From Macrostomum lignano (lineage: Eukaryota), in assembly GCA_002269645.1 (NCBI GenBank), contig NIVC01001585.1, positions 186,001 to 250,000 on the forward strand: 64,000 nucleotides of DNA, written 5' to 3'. The translations under genes and the position numbers were made by a program. A model generated the notes under the pieces. The model searched no databases and was not told where the DNA came from. It worked only from the letters and a program-made list of their open reading frames with translations. Of the stretch, positions 24,636 to 37,184 are shown piece after piece. Every line of letters begins with the position of its first letter. Positions within the stretch are counted from its first letter, which is position 1.

Positions 24636-26040
24636 TCTGAGAGATCTGGGATCTATCTGAGAGATCTGGGATCTATCTGAGAGATCTGGGATCTATCTGA
24701 GAGATCTGGGATCTATCTGAGAGATCTGGGATCTATCTGAGAGATCTGGGATCTATCTGAGAGATCTGGGATCTATCTGAGAGATCTGGGATCTATCTGA
24801 GAGATCTGGGATCTATCTGAGAGATCTGGGATCTATCTGAGAGATCTGGGATCTGAGAGATCTGGGATCTGAGAGATCTGGGATCTGAGAGATCTGGGAT
24901 CTGAGAGATCTGGGATCTATCTATGAGATCTGGAATCTGAGAGATCTGGGATCTATCTATGAGATCTGGGATCTATCTGAGAGATCTGGGATCTATCTGA
25001 GAGATCTGGGATCTATCTGAGAGATCTGGGATCTATCTGAGAGATCTGGGATCTATCTGAGAGATCTGGGATCTATCTGAGAGATCTGGGATCTGAGAGA
25101 TCTGGGATCTGAGAGATCTGGGATCTGAGAGATCTGGGATCTGAGAGATCTGGGATCTGAGAGATCTGGGATCTATCTATGAGATCTGGAATCTGAGAGA
25201 TCTGGGATCTATCTATGAGATCTGGAATCTGAGAGATCTGGGATCTATCTATGAGATCTGGAATCTGAGAGATCTGGGATCTGAGAGATCTGGGATCTGA
25301 GAGATCTGGGATCTGAGAGATCTGGGATCTGAGAGATCTGGGATCTGAGAGATCTGGGATCTGAGAGATCTGGGATCTGAGAGATCTGGGATCTGAGAGA
25401 TCTGGGATCTGAGAGATCTGGGATCTGAGAGATCTGGGATCTGAGAGATCTGGGATCTGAGAGATCTGGGATCTGAGAGATCTGGGATCTGAGAGATCTG
25501 GGATCTGAGAGATCTGGGATCTGAGAGATCTGGGATCTGAGAGATCTGGGATCTGAGAGATCTGGGATCTGAGAGATCTGGGATCTGAGAGATCTGGGAT
25601 CTGAGAGATCTGGGATCTGAGAGATCTGGGATCTGAGAGATCTGGGATCTGAGAGATCTGGGATCTGAGAGATCTGGGATCTGAGAGATCTGGGATCTGA
25701 GAGATCTGGGATCTGAGAGATCTGGGATCTGAGAGATCTGGGATCTGAGAGATCTGGGATCTGAGAGATCTGGAATCTGAGAGATCTGGGATCTGAGAGA
25801 TCTGGGATCTGAGAGATCTGGGATCTGAGAGATCTGGGATCTGAGAGATCTGGGATCTGAGAGATCTGGGATCTGAGAGATCTGGGATCTGAGAGATCTG
25901 GGATCTGAGAGATCTGGGATCTGAGAGATCTGGGATCTGAGAGATCTGGGATCTGAGAGATCTGGAATCTGAGAGATCTGGGATCTGAGAGATCTGGGAT
26001 CTGAGAGATCTGGGACCTGAGAGATCTGGGACCTGAGACA
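24636..26040 (-). repeat. 16/20-bp minisatellite GAGAGATCTGGGATCT(ATCT), an inverted relative of the 14-bp array at 20822
   Basis: Reverse complement AGATCCCAGATCTCTC shares ATCCCAGATCTC with the 14-bp unit. Confidence 0.97.
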
Positions 26041-26867
26041 ATTATAAATCTTTCAGTTATCAGGAAATTCTCGCTAACATTGACTATAAACTGTCTATTT
26101 CATCAGTAAACATATTTTCAGCAAATTACCACAGCAATGCAGATAAATAGATGTGAAATAATGTCAAACTCGCAATAGAAATGACAATTTTCCCAATTGT
26201 CCCCCCCCCTCGCGTCCTCAGTTCTCTGACAAATCTGACAAATTGGTATTTGCCACCTGCACCCGAGCCTAATAGCAACATTTCCCCTGCAACTGCAAAA
26301 TGTTGGCAAACAGTTGCTGGAACAAATCAAACACGGAATTGTATTGCCACTTTCAGTTCATAATGTAAGCATTTCTGCTGCAGGCAAACAATGTAAGTCT
26401 CTACATAACAAAGTGCCAATCTAATTCTTTCTCTTCTGCGTTGGCACGCCTCGGCACAAATGCACTGTTTATTTGCTCAGTCCGTAGCTGACAGCTGAGT
26501 GAGTATTCGGGCACTGAGCGAATTCAACCGATTGTGACACCTTCTTAAATGTAATATCTCTTCAAACCATTTGCGGTATATTTATGAAGCAAATATTCTG
26601 AATACTTGACTGCTTCTGATATGCCCAGCTGCTGGCACGTGGAACAGCCACAGATATGTAGTGTCCTGGATACAACTTATATTTCAATACTTTCTGCTTC
26701 AAGTCATTCATGACTACAAGTGAGCGGTCTGTGTTGTGTTTGACCAGGCCGCTGACACATATTGAAGTCTGCAGTTTGCCCGCATGCACACATGTGAAAC
26801 AGTTGGAGGAAAAGTCAGTGCACAGGTTTAACACGAGTGCTACAAGTACTTTTTATCCAATGCAGTC

Positions 26868-27335
26868 TCATCTCACTCTCACTCTCTCTCCGTCTCACTC
26901 TCTCTGACCCAATCTCACTCTCTCTCTGATCGAGTCTCACTCTCTCTGACCCAATCTCACTCTCTCTGACCCAATCTCACTCTCTCTGATCGAGTCTCAC
27001 TCTCTCTGACCCAATCTCACTCTCTCTGACCCAATCTCACTCTCCGTCTCACTCTCTCTGACCCAATCTCACTCTCTCTGACCCAATCTTATTATCCGTC
27101 TCACTCTCTCTGACCCAATCTCACTCTCCGTCTCACTCTCTCTGACCCAATCTCACTCTCCGTCTCACTCTCTCTGACCCAATCTCACTCTCCGTCTCAT
27201 TCTCTCTGACCCAATCTCACTCTCCGTCTCATTCTCTCTGACCCGATCTCACTCTCTCTGACCCAATCTCATTCTCTCTGACCCAATCTCATTCTCTCTG
27301 ACCCGATCTCACTCTCTCTGACCCAATCTCACTCT
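26868..27335 (+). repeat. ~20-bp pyrimidine-rich minisatellite CTCACTCTCTCTGACCCAAT
   Basis: Tandem units with CTCCGT insertion variants. Confidence 0.95.
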
Positions 27336-28504
27336 GCGCCTGTTTCTCCTGAAGTTAATGCTCCCATCAAAACCATAAATGATAAATCAGTTGGTGTCTC
27401 CAGTATTTATGCACTGCAACTTCTTACAAGAACTCAAATCCCCTTTACACAATTCGTTACCCACAACATGCACAACTCAAACTAAAAGCTTGATGAAGCA
27501 TGAAGTGAACTCGACAGCTGCTCCAATGCGGTTATCTCTGCACCATAACTCACACAAACTCTGAATCTTGAGTTTGTCTGCAAGTATATAATATACGAGC
27601 GCGCACTGCAAACATATTGAAACAGCTTTCTGGGAAATCAATGTAAGATTTATGTCTATATAATGCGAGTTGTATATGACTTCTATAAGACTAAATATCT
27701 TATCAATGAAGTTACTTTCTTCAAGGACAACTCCAAAATTCTTAGGGCTTTAGCTAAAGGCTAGTAACTAATTGCAATAGAGATTCGAAATCTTTATATT
27801 TAGGAGACGTATGTCCCGGCTATCTAACAAATATTGTTGATAAAATATGGATATTTCGCCACAACACAATACGCAGTTTCCTATGGCCTACCAACACTGT
27901 ATTTGCACAATCTGCCTACCAGAGCTCCTGTGTGGATCTACTTATCCAAAGGATAATAAAATTCCCCTAAAGCTTACACACGAGCCTATTATAGGAATAA
28001 CTACCTATCCCCAACATCCCCAAAATGAAATATGTTTGCAATCAAATCAAAGCGATTTCAATAATTCGGTTGGGATATTTACGGGCTCGGTCGGGCCTTC
28101 TGCGCAGATTCCCACCAACCGGGGGGCGCGGGGGCTCTAAATCTGCATAAAGGTTTGTTGGTTTAAATTTGGTTGCTAAGCGGGATAGCAACGCTTATTG
28201 ATAAATGCCGGCTAAATCTAAAAACACCTTTGGGTGAAAAGCAAATCCTGTGTGCAACGCCTTCGCAAGTCTTTGAATTTCGGATATAAACATAGCTGCA
28301 GCCTGCAGGCTCTTTCGTGGGCACAGATTGTGGACTTAAAATTTCTGGGATTTATAATTTCTCATAATAAGTAAACAAAAACAGAAAGCATAGTTAAGCT
28401 GTCTGTATCCATAGGCATTTTATGCGTGTGCTACGAACGAAAATCCGCCGCACGCGGATACCAGGGGTCGCGACTCGTGTGGCGAGAGTGACTGTTTGCC
28501 GCTG

Positions 28505-29050
28505 AGCACCGCTCATAGACAGCACCGCTCATAGACAGCACCGCTCATAGACAGCACCGCTCATAGACAGCACCGCTCATACACAGCACCGCTCATAGAC
28601 AGCACCGCTCATAGACAGCACCACTCATAGACAGCACCGCTCATAGACAGCACCGCTCATACACAGCACCGCTCATAGACAGCACCGCTCATACGCAGCA
28701 CCGCTCATACACAGCACCGCTCATAGACAGCACCGCTCATAGACAGCACCACTCATAGACAGCACCGCTCATAGACAGCACCGCTCATACACAGCACCGC
28801 TCATAGACAGCACCGCTCATACGCAGCACCGCTCATACACAGCACCGCTCATAGACAGCACCGCTCATAGACAGCACCGCTCATAGACAGTACCGCTCAT
28901 AGACAGCATTACTCATAGACAGCACCGCTCATAGACAGCACCGCTCATAGACAGCACCGCTCATAGACAGCGCCGCTCATAAACAGCACCGCTCATACAT
29001 AGCATCACTCATAGACACAGTCACTCAGAGACACAATCGCTCATACACAG
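28505..29050 (+). repeat. 16-bp minisatellite GACAGCACCGCTCATA just upstream of FoxD
   Basis: About 30 units; the same unit occurs inverted at 43150-43432 and 44196-44590. Confidence 0.97.
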
Positions 29051-29247
29051 TAGACAATTGCTCACAGACAGCACAGACAGTCAGCACTGATAATTTCTCC
29101 TGTTCAAACTTGTCAAAAAATCGTGCGATCCCCTAATTTGAATAAATTTCCCATTTTTTCTGCCTATCCACAATCCCCTAAAATCGCCGTACGAACTTCA
29201 CTCACTCTCCCGTAGAATATCCCAGCAACAGAAAACTTTCCGCAGCT

Positions 29248-29258
29248 CCAATGGGCGG
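29248..29258 (+). promoter_or_regulatory. Adjacent CCAAT box and GC box (CCAATGGGCGG) about 190 bp upstream of the FoxD ATG
   Basis: Motif match and position only; transcription start unknown. Confidence 0.3.
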
Positions 29259-29447
29259 ACGCGACCGCCACCCCAGTAGGGGATCCAATCCCAGAGCTCC
29301 CCGCCATCCCCCTACACCACCCCAAGTCGCGCGTCAGTTTTCCCCTTATTTTGGAAAATTTTCATAATTCCAAATCCCCCCAAAAATACCGGAGCAGATT
29401 TCCATCCCGAGAGTGAGACACAACCTTCCATTGGCACCTCAGTTCCC

Positions 29448-32400
29448 ATGTTCTCCCCAATCGCCGCCATCGGTCAGCAGCCATCCACCGCCTCCGCCGC
29501 CGTGATGGACATGGAGCCTACTGACGATGACTTCGATGACGACTGCATCGAATACGACGCTGACTACGGGGCTGGTCAGCGAGAGACCGACGATGATCTC
29601 GATCTTCCTGGAGTTTCCAACGCGGCCGCTGGGAGGAGTGCCGAGCATGACATCGACGAACAGGTTGTCGCGGCGTCGGCGGTGGCTTCGACGGCCGGAA
29701 ACGGCGGCGGCGGCGGCTCAGCCAGCAAGAAGCGAAGCCACCACGTGAAACCGCCCTACAGCTACATCGCCCTCATCACCATGGCGATTCTGCAGTCGGC
29801 AACCAGGAAGCTGACTCTTAGCGGCATCTGCGAGTTCATTATGAATCGGTTCCCGTATTATAAAGAGAGGTGAGTCGATATTCTGCACTTATTGGAGAGT
29901 TCTCAAATAGTTTCACTTCGGGGCGATTTAAGAGAGTGGATGGCGACTGTAGAAGGGGGCGGATGTTGTGCTGTTGGCGACTGTAGAAGGGGCGGATGTT
30001 GTGCTGCTGGCGACTGTAGAAGGGGCGGATGTTGTGCTGTTGGCGACTGTAGAATTGGCGGATGTTGTGCTGTTGGCGACTGTAGAAGGGGCGGATGTTG
30101 TGCTGTTGGCGACTGTAGAAGGGGCGGATGTTGTGCTGTTGGCGACTGTAGAAGGGGGCGGATGTTGTGCTGTTGGCGACTGTAGAAGGGGCGGATGTTG
30201 TGCTGCTGGCGACTGTAGAAGGGGCGGATGTTGTGCTGTTGGCGACTGTAGAAGGGGCGGATGTTGTGCTGCTGGCGACTGTAGAAGGGGCTGATGTTGT
30301 GCTGCTGGCGACTGTAGAAGGGGCGGATGTTGTGCTGCTGGCGACTGTAGAAGGGGCTGATGTTGTGCTGCTGGCGACTGTAGAAGGGGCGGATGTTGTG
30401 CTGTTGGCGACTGTAGAAGGGGCGGATGTTGTGCTGTTGGCGACTGTAGAAGGGGCGGATGTTGTGCTGTTGGCGACTGTAGAAGGGGCGGATGTTGTGC
30501 TGTTGGCGACTGTAGAAGGGGCGGATGTTGTGCTGTTGGCGACTGTAGAAGGGGCGGATGTTGTGCTGTTGGCGACTGTAGAAGGGGCGGATGTTGTGCT
30601 GCTGGCGACTGTAGAAGGGGCTGATGTTGTGCTGCTGGCGACTGTAGAAGGGGCGGATGTTGTGCTGTTCGAGACTGTAGAAGGGGGGCGGATTTTGCGC
30701 TGTTGGCGTCTGTTGAAGGGCGGATATGAATGGGGGAGAGCTGTAGGAGGGGCGGGTTAGGGTAGAAGTATAATTATTGCATTTCCATTCTTTATTTGCC
30801 TCGGCCAAAAGAAGATTTTCACATCCAACTACTATTTAAGATTATCCCATAGAAACGAAGCCCGTGTAATCCTTGAAATGTTAAAACACAGTCGACTTTT
30901 TCCGATATTTTCACAGCGCATTGAAGTGTGAAGCTTTTATACCACCTATGCAGAAGCCACTATAGTGTTGTGAAAACAGTATCCACCATAGTGAACAGCA
31001 GAGAGGCTGTGTGTTCAACCAGTGAACCCGAACTCGAATCTACCCGTGTGTAACAACAGCAGTCAAAAACCGCCTGAACCATGCTTAAATGCGAAATCGC
31101 AGCAAGATGAAGATTCGCGGGGCCGAAATATATAGTGAATTGATTTGTTGCTAAGAGTAAAAAAACCATACACAACTTTGCGGGAGGCTAAACACTGACT
31201 GCCCCCCCCCCCCTACATCCCGATCCCGGCTAGTATAGACCTGATCTTGCCTGTTATTATTTTTACAAGTAGAAAATATATAATCATTTGGCTGCTGGTG
31301 TCTGCGGAACCGGTGGGTGGTCTGGGCGGGGATCCTGACTGGCATTCGAGTCCCTCTCTCCGCCCCTTTCTTTTTCTTTCTTAATAAACGGCCTTTCAGC
31401 CGTTTTCCAGCGGCTTTTTCCCGATGTAATTTTGTTTGATTTCTGTTGTCTTTAACACGAAAGAAGCAGTAAGTATTCGCGGGTGCCACTCACTGCCTCC
31501 TATAGGCTTATGCTTTTATTGTATATAGCTTTCCTCTGATTCATTCTTCCCATTTTACAAATCAAGCAATTTTCACATTCTCCCACTCCAACATTCTCCC
31601 ACTCCAACATTCTCCCATTCCAACATTCTCCCATTCCAACATTCTCCCACTCCAACATTCTCCCATTCCAACATTCTCCCACTCCGACATTCTCCCATTC
31701 CAACATTCTACCATTCCAACATTCTCCCACTCCAACATTCTCCCACTCCAACATTCTCCTATTCCAACATTCTCCCATTCCAACATTCTCCCATTCCAAC
31801 ATTCTCCCATTCCAACATTCTCCCATTCCAACATTCTCCCACTCCAACATTCTCCCATTCCAACATTCTCCCACTCCGACATTCTCCCATTCCAACATTC
31901 TACCATTCCAACATTCTCCCACTCCAACATTCTCCCACTCCAACATTCTCCCACTCCAACATTCTCCCATTCCAACATTCTCCCATTCCAACATTCTCCC
32001 ATTCCAACATTCTCCCATTCCAACATTCTCCCATTCCAACATTCTCCCACTCCAACATTCTCCTACTCCGACATCCTCCCCCATTTCCATGCTTGCATGC
32101 GCACATGAAGACCCGCCCTCAGCGCACACATAAACAACCGATACCTCTTCCTCATCCCCACAGATTCCCGGCCTGGCAGAACAGCATCCGGCACAATTTA
32201 TCCCTAAACGATTGCTTCGTAAAAATCCCTCGCGAGCCGGGCAACCCGGGCAAGGGCAACTACTGGACGCTGGACCCGCAGTCGGAGGACATGTTTGACA
32301 ACGGCAGTTTCCTGCGCAGGCGGAAGCGCTACAAGCGACAGTCCATGGTGCCCGATCTGTTTAGCCCGCCGCCGGGTTTTCTGCCGGGACCGCCGCCGCA

Positions 32401-32872
32401 GCTGCCGCCATTTGGCCTGCACCATCACCATCACCAGCATCAGCATCAGCATCTGCAGCACCATCACCTGCCGCTGCCGCCTCCGCCACCGCCGCCTCCA
32501 ATGCCGTTTCACCTGCCGCCACCCTTCGGCTTGCTGCCGCCGCTGCCGCCGCCTCCGCCTCAGCCGTCCAAGAGCTGCGCATCGAGTTCGTCAACTAGCC
32601 TGGCCGTCTCCGCAGCCTCCTCCACCTGCGCCGCGGCAGCTTCATCTGTTGCCAGCAAGACCTTTACCATAGACAGTTTGATCAACGGAGCGGCGGGGAA
32701 ATCGGTCGAACAGCGGACGACTGATGTTGCCGCCGCCGCAGCCGCCTACCCGCCTCTGATCCGACTGCCGCAACAGCACCAGCAGGATGGGCCGCAGTTC
32801 GACTTCGCGATCTACCAGAAGCTGATGCTGCAGACTGCTGGTCTGCTGCCGCCGCCTTCCTGGATTCGTTGA
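29448..32872 (+). CDS. FoxD: Forkhead box D transcription factor, 376 aa. Exons 29448-29869 and 32164-32872
   Basis: The spliced forkhead domain reads [40 protein letters not shown]|[58 protein letters not shown], characteristic of FoxD. Phase-2 intron ag|gtgagt...cag|a. Acidic N-terminus, His/Gln and Pro tracts, and an eh1 Groucho-binding motif FTIDSLI. Confidence 0.95.
29940..30720 (+). repeat. 33-bp minisatellite GGCGACTGTAGAAGGGGCGGATGTTGTGCTG[T/C]T in the FoxD intron
   Basis: 11-aa periodic translation [11 protein letters not shown]. Confidence 0.97.
31575..32075 (+). repeat. 15-bp minisatellite CCAACATTCTCCCA[T/C]T in the FoxD intron
   Basis: Direct tandem units ending about 90 bp before the acceptor. 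Confidence 0.97.
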
Positions 32873-33243
32873 ACTGCATGTAGACACGCTGGTAATTAAA
32901 CTTGGACACAACTTCTTTGTGAACTTCTTCTTTTGTTATCTGTGTGTGTGTCATGTCGATCTGTGCAAATTAAATTTATCCATTTATTTGCTCTCTGTGT
33001 CTGTTCCGTTTATTGACCTGTGCCGCATACTACAGTAAAGTAGATAAACAAAGTTAGCGTCTAATATGTTTGTCTGTTTAAAAACTTCATACTCGCCTAT
33101 GTTCATATTCGGGATTAACTGGGATCTGACTTATCAAATCTCTCCCGAGACTCATATTGTATCCCCAGTTAATATCAATAGGATCCTCTTGAGATTGAGA
33201 TTAATCATGAGATCATCTATAGCATCTCACATTAAGGGATCCT

Positions 33244-33249
33244 AATAAA
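33244..33249 (+). other. Candidate FoxD polyadenylation signal AATAAA
   Basis: First canonical hexamer I found after the stop (about 370 nt downstream); others lie further on. Confidence 0.3.
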
Positions 33250-35219
33250 GTTATCTTCCCATGTTCGTATTCATCTTGATATTCAATTACGATTGTTCCA
33301 ATCTGTCTCCAATCACTCGATGCACGCATAATGTCGATCAGTTTGATTTGAATTCATATAACAGGGTAGCTATTGAAAAGTCGAGATAATTCTTAGAAAG
33401 TTTTATTATCAATCAGTTTTTTCTTACCATTCCATCACCCCCGTTTTAACTGATTGACTAGCATCAATTTATATTAGTCCATATTAGTCATATTCGTCAC
33501 TGACTCTATTAAGTGGAGCGATAGTAAACCGATGCACTTTTTACGAAATTTACAGTAAGACGTCCCACCCGAAACCACTTGTACAGCAGCCACTTTGTTT
33601 GATAATTTTCGATGAGTGGAATTGAAACAAAGCAAACCTTTCTTTTAAGCGCTTATACTATCATTCACCTTCACTGATTTGCTGTAGCTATAGTGAGTTT
33701 GTTTTAATGTTTAAGTACATCATGTACGCGTAATTCTACGAGTATATATGAAATGCGCTCGATAAAACTTAAAATGATTTAAAATACTTTTGTTTAAGTA
33801 AGCAAAGTTAAAAAGTTAAGATATAATTGTAGTAGAGGTAATCTATTGGATAATTAATGTATATATAATAATGTAATAATCACTACGTTTTCAACTCAAC
33901 TATTTGAATTGAGTTTTGGATTTAACAAAAGGTATATTTCACCTTTTTTCGGTAGAAATTTTGTTTTATGAAAGTGGACGGTATAGGTATAGGGTCCATT
34001 TTTGGAAATTTGTAATAATAAAATATATTTGAGAACAGGATATTTAGCAACGCGAATAAATAATTCAAAAGAGTATCTACAATTAACAAGTGTAGCTAGT
34101 AGATGGCTGCAAAATATGTAAAATTTGATACCGGCATTATTTCTTGTTTGATTTTTTATTTGTTTTAAACAAGAATGATACACTGTTAGCTAGTCCGATG
34201 CACTTTATTACTTAATATCTAACGTTCTGTCTGTCTGTCTCTGACATTGCTTTATGCGTTAAAATGTATCTAAACCTCCAAATGCACCATATCAAGCATG
34301 CCTAAAATACTGTAGTTTGCTTATTCGTATTTGTTATTTGTTATTCGAATAAACATCCTGCTGCAACTATGCAAATGTACACCAAATTGCTTTTTAATAA
34401 AACAAATTGAGTAGCAATTCAAATGTTTAAATTATACTTGCAACTCTTGGATTTGTTTGATTAATTGCTAAATAAATAGCTTTCTGTTAAAGTCTTCTGC
34501 CTTTTTTATATAATTTATATCGCATATTAAATTTGTTATACGCAAGTTAGCTTTCAAAAAGTGAAATCCAAATGGCAATATTTTTACAGCTAAGACGAAC
34601 CCATTGCCTGTTTGGGGGGTAAAAAGGAAAATTATGTGTGTAAGCGAAGGCTTATGTTAGAGAGCTGTGAGAAAAGATGATGTGTTTGAGGATTAAATAT
34701 TTGTGAATATAGTGAGAGTGAGAGTGCAGAGTAGCAAGGGGGCAGGAATCTCAGTCTTTACTCAACCGGCACCGAAACAACAAAGAAAAGAGAAGGAAGT
34801 CAAAATTGGCGAGCTGTTATTTCACCCCGGCTGTATGTAGGATTGGGGGAAAGGCAAGGCGCGTTGCAACTGTTTGGGAAAACTTTCACACTTTATTGCA
34901 CCCACCCCAATATTCTTAAGTCAGGAACAGCGCTTCGCGGAAGTCGTAGCGCGATTTCTCTAACCAATATTCTTCTGTCGGCCTTTCTGTCGCGCCGCAC
35001 GCTTAGTCAATATTATGGCGTTTGAAGAAAATAGCGGGGGGCTGACACCCAGCTGGGGGAATGGAAGATAAATACGAATAGGAGGGCTGAATGCTTTTAA
35101 GACGCCTCAACGAGAAAGGGAGCTGCAGGAAGTTTTTTATTGGGATTGGGGATGGCCCACCAGGTGTCTTGTTGAGGCAGGTGCTCTGGGTGAGGTCTGT
35201 AATTCGAGCCAGTGTTCAG

Positions 35220-35995
35220 AGCTTTGGTGGCGCTGTTTTTGAGGCGCCGTTTGTAGCTTTGATGGCGCCGTTTGTAGCTTTGATGGCGCCGTTTGTAGCT
35301 TTGGTGGCGCTGTTTGTAGCTTTGGTGGCGCCGTTTGTAGCTTTAGTGGCGCCGTTTGTAGCTTTGGTGGCGCCGTTTGTAGCTTTGATGGCGCCGTTTG
35401 TAGCTTTGGTGGCGCCGTTTGTAGCTTTGGTGGCGCCGTTTGTAGCTTTGGTGGCGCCGTTTGTAGCTTTGCATGGTGGCGCCGTTTGTAGCTTTGGTGG
35501 CGCTGTTTTAGCTTTGGTGGCGCTGTTTTGGAATGCCGTTTGTAGCTTTGGTGGCGCTGTTTTGGAATGCCGTTTGTAGCTTTGGTGGCGCTGTTTTGGA
35601 ATGCCGTTTGTAGCTTTGGTGGCGCTGTTTTGGAATGCCGTTTGTAGCTTTGGTGGCGCTGTTTTGAGGCGCCGTTTGTAGCTTTGGTGGCGCTGTTTTT
35701 GAGACGCCGTTTGAAGCTTTGATGGCGCTTTTTTGGAACGCCATTTGTAGTTTTGATTTTGCGCCGTTTGTAGCTTTGGTGGCGCTGTTTTAGAATGTCG
35801 TTTGTAGCTTTGAATACGCTGTTTTTTGAGGCGCCGTTTGTAGCTTTGGTGGCGCTGCTTTGAGGCGCCGTTTGTAGCTTTGATGGCGATTTTTTGGAAC
35901 GCCATTTGTAGTTTTGATTTTGCGCCGTTTGTAGCTTTGGTGGCGCCGTTTTGAGGCGCCGTTTGCAGCTTCGGTGGCGCTGTTTTGAGGCGCGA
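35220..35995 (+). repeat. 21-bp minisatellite GTTTGTAGCTTTG[G/A]TGGCGCC with longer composite variants
   Basis: 7-aa periodic translations (ALVAPFV / KATNGAT). Confidence 0.95.
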
Positions 35996-36719
35996 TTTTA
36001 AACGCTCGGTTTACAGGTTGTGCCGTTTTGAAAGTGGCAAACCAAAATATGCCATTTTCTAAGTCTCATCTATAGGGGCAGAAAAAGTTGCAGAGGCAGA
36101 AACCTGCCGCGCTAAAAGCAGCAAACGCCTGCTAAAGCGATTAGCACAAAAAAGCACAACTGCAACTCGCCAGTAGCCAATGTGTTTTCCTCGCCCTCTA
36201 GGCCAAATATTTACAAAGGCTGGTAAACTGTTTCTCTGTGGCGATTTGCTGGAAGACAAGACAGATGATACACAGCCTGTTAAATCGATGACATTGTGTC
36301 CTGTATGCAGTTGTGCTTATTATGGCTTTCTAGAGCTTTGTAGGAGTGTATAAGCAAAGTACCGTGAGGCCTGATTACATTCTCTGAGGACGCTAAGCCG
36401 TGCGCCTAATCACTCTTAAACGATTCGCCAGAGGTTCCAGTAGTGTTCCAGGAAACGATGGGGTTTTGTTAAACGTTACGATGCACTGTGCAAGAGGCTC
36501 GCGTGGGGTTCTGTGCTTGCGTCACCGCGGGATGAGACAAATTTTTCTAAGCCTCTTTTTGAAGGAAGGAATATTGTTCTTATTGCTGATAGGTGGACAG
36601 GTGAACAGGTTGCAACTGGGTGTAATTGGAGCTTAAGAAGGGAATGGAATTTTGGAGTGGCATATGGGATAAGTGGGGAGATTGAAGTGGTTGATAACAA
36701 TTAGTAGTTGAGATCGAAA

Positions 36720-37145
36720 TTAAGGACAGGAGAGATTAGAATTAAGGACATGTGAGATTAGAATTAAGGACAGGTGAGATTAGAATTAAGGACATGTGAG
36801 ATTAGAATTAAGGACAGGTGAGATTAGAATTAAGGACAGGTGAGATTAGAATTAAGGAAATGTGAGATTAAAATTAAGGACAGGTGAGAATTAAGGAAAT
36901 GTGAGATTAGAATTAAGGACAGGTGAGATTAGAAATAAGGAAATGTGAGATTAGAATTAAGGACGGGAGAGATTAGAATTAAGGACAGGTGAGATTAGAA
37001 TTAAGGACAGGAGATTAGAATAAAGGACAGGAGATTAGAATTAAGGACGGGAGAGATTAGAATTAAGGACAGGTGAGATTAGAATAAAGGACAGGAGATT
37101 AGAATTAAGGACATGAGATTAGAATTAAGGACAGGTGAGATTAGT
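36720..37145 (+). repeat. 22-bp minisatellite GAGATTAGAATTAAGGACAGGT
   Basis: Tandem units with internal deletions. Confidence 0.95.
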
Positions 37146-37184
37146 CGTTAAAAAGACAGCTGAGATTGCATTTTTTAAGACTTG

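Noticed and set aside
32204-32954. Antisense and alternate-frame ORFs over FoxD exon 2 (similar ones overlap the ankyrin and CFAP70 exons)
   Set aside because: Expected shadows of GC-rich coding sequence, with no independent protein features.
33115-33250. Inverted repeats in the FoxD 3' region (ATTAACTGGGAT / ATCCCCAGTTAAT) as a pre-miRNA
   Set aside because: The stem is only about 12 bp with a long loop, too short for a miRNA precursor.
26106-34356. Scattered forkhead sites (GTAAACA at 26106 and 28371; ATAAACA near 32130, 33044, 34349) as FoxD autoregulation
   Set aside because: The frequency looks compatible with chance in AT-rich DNA and there is no clustering.
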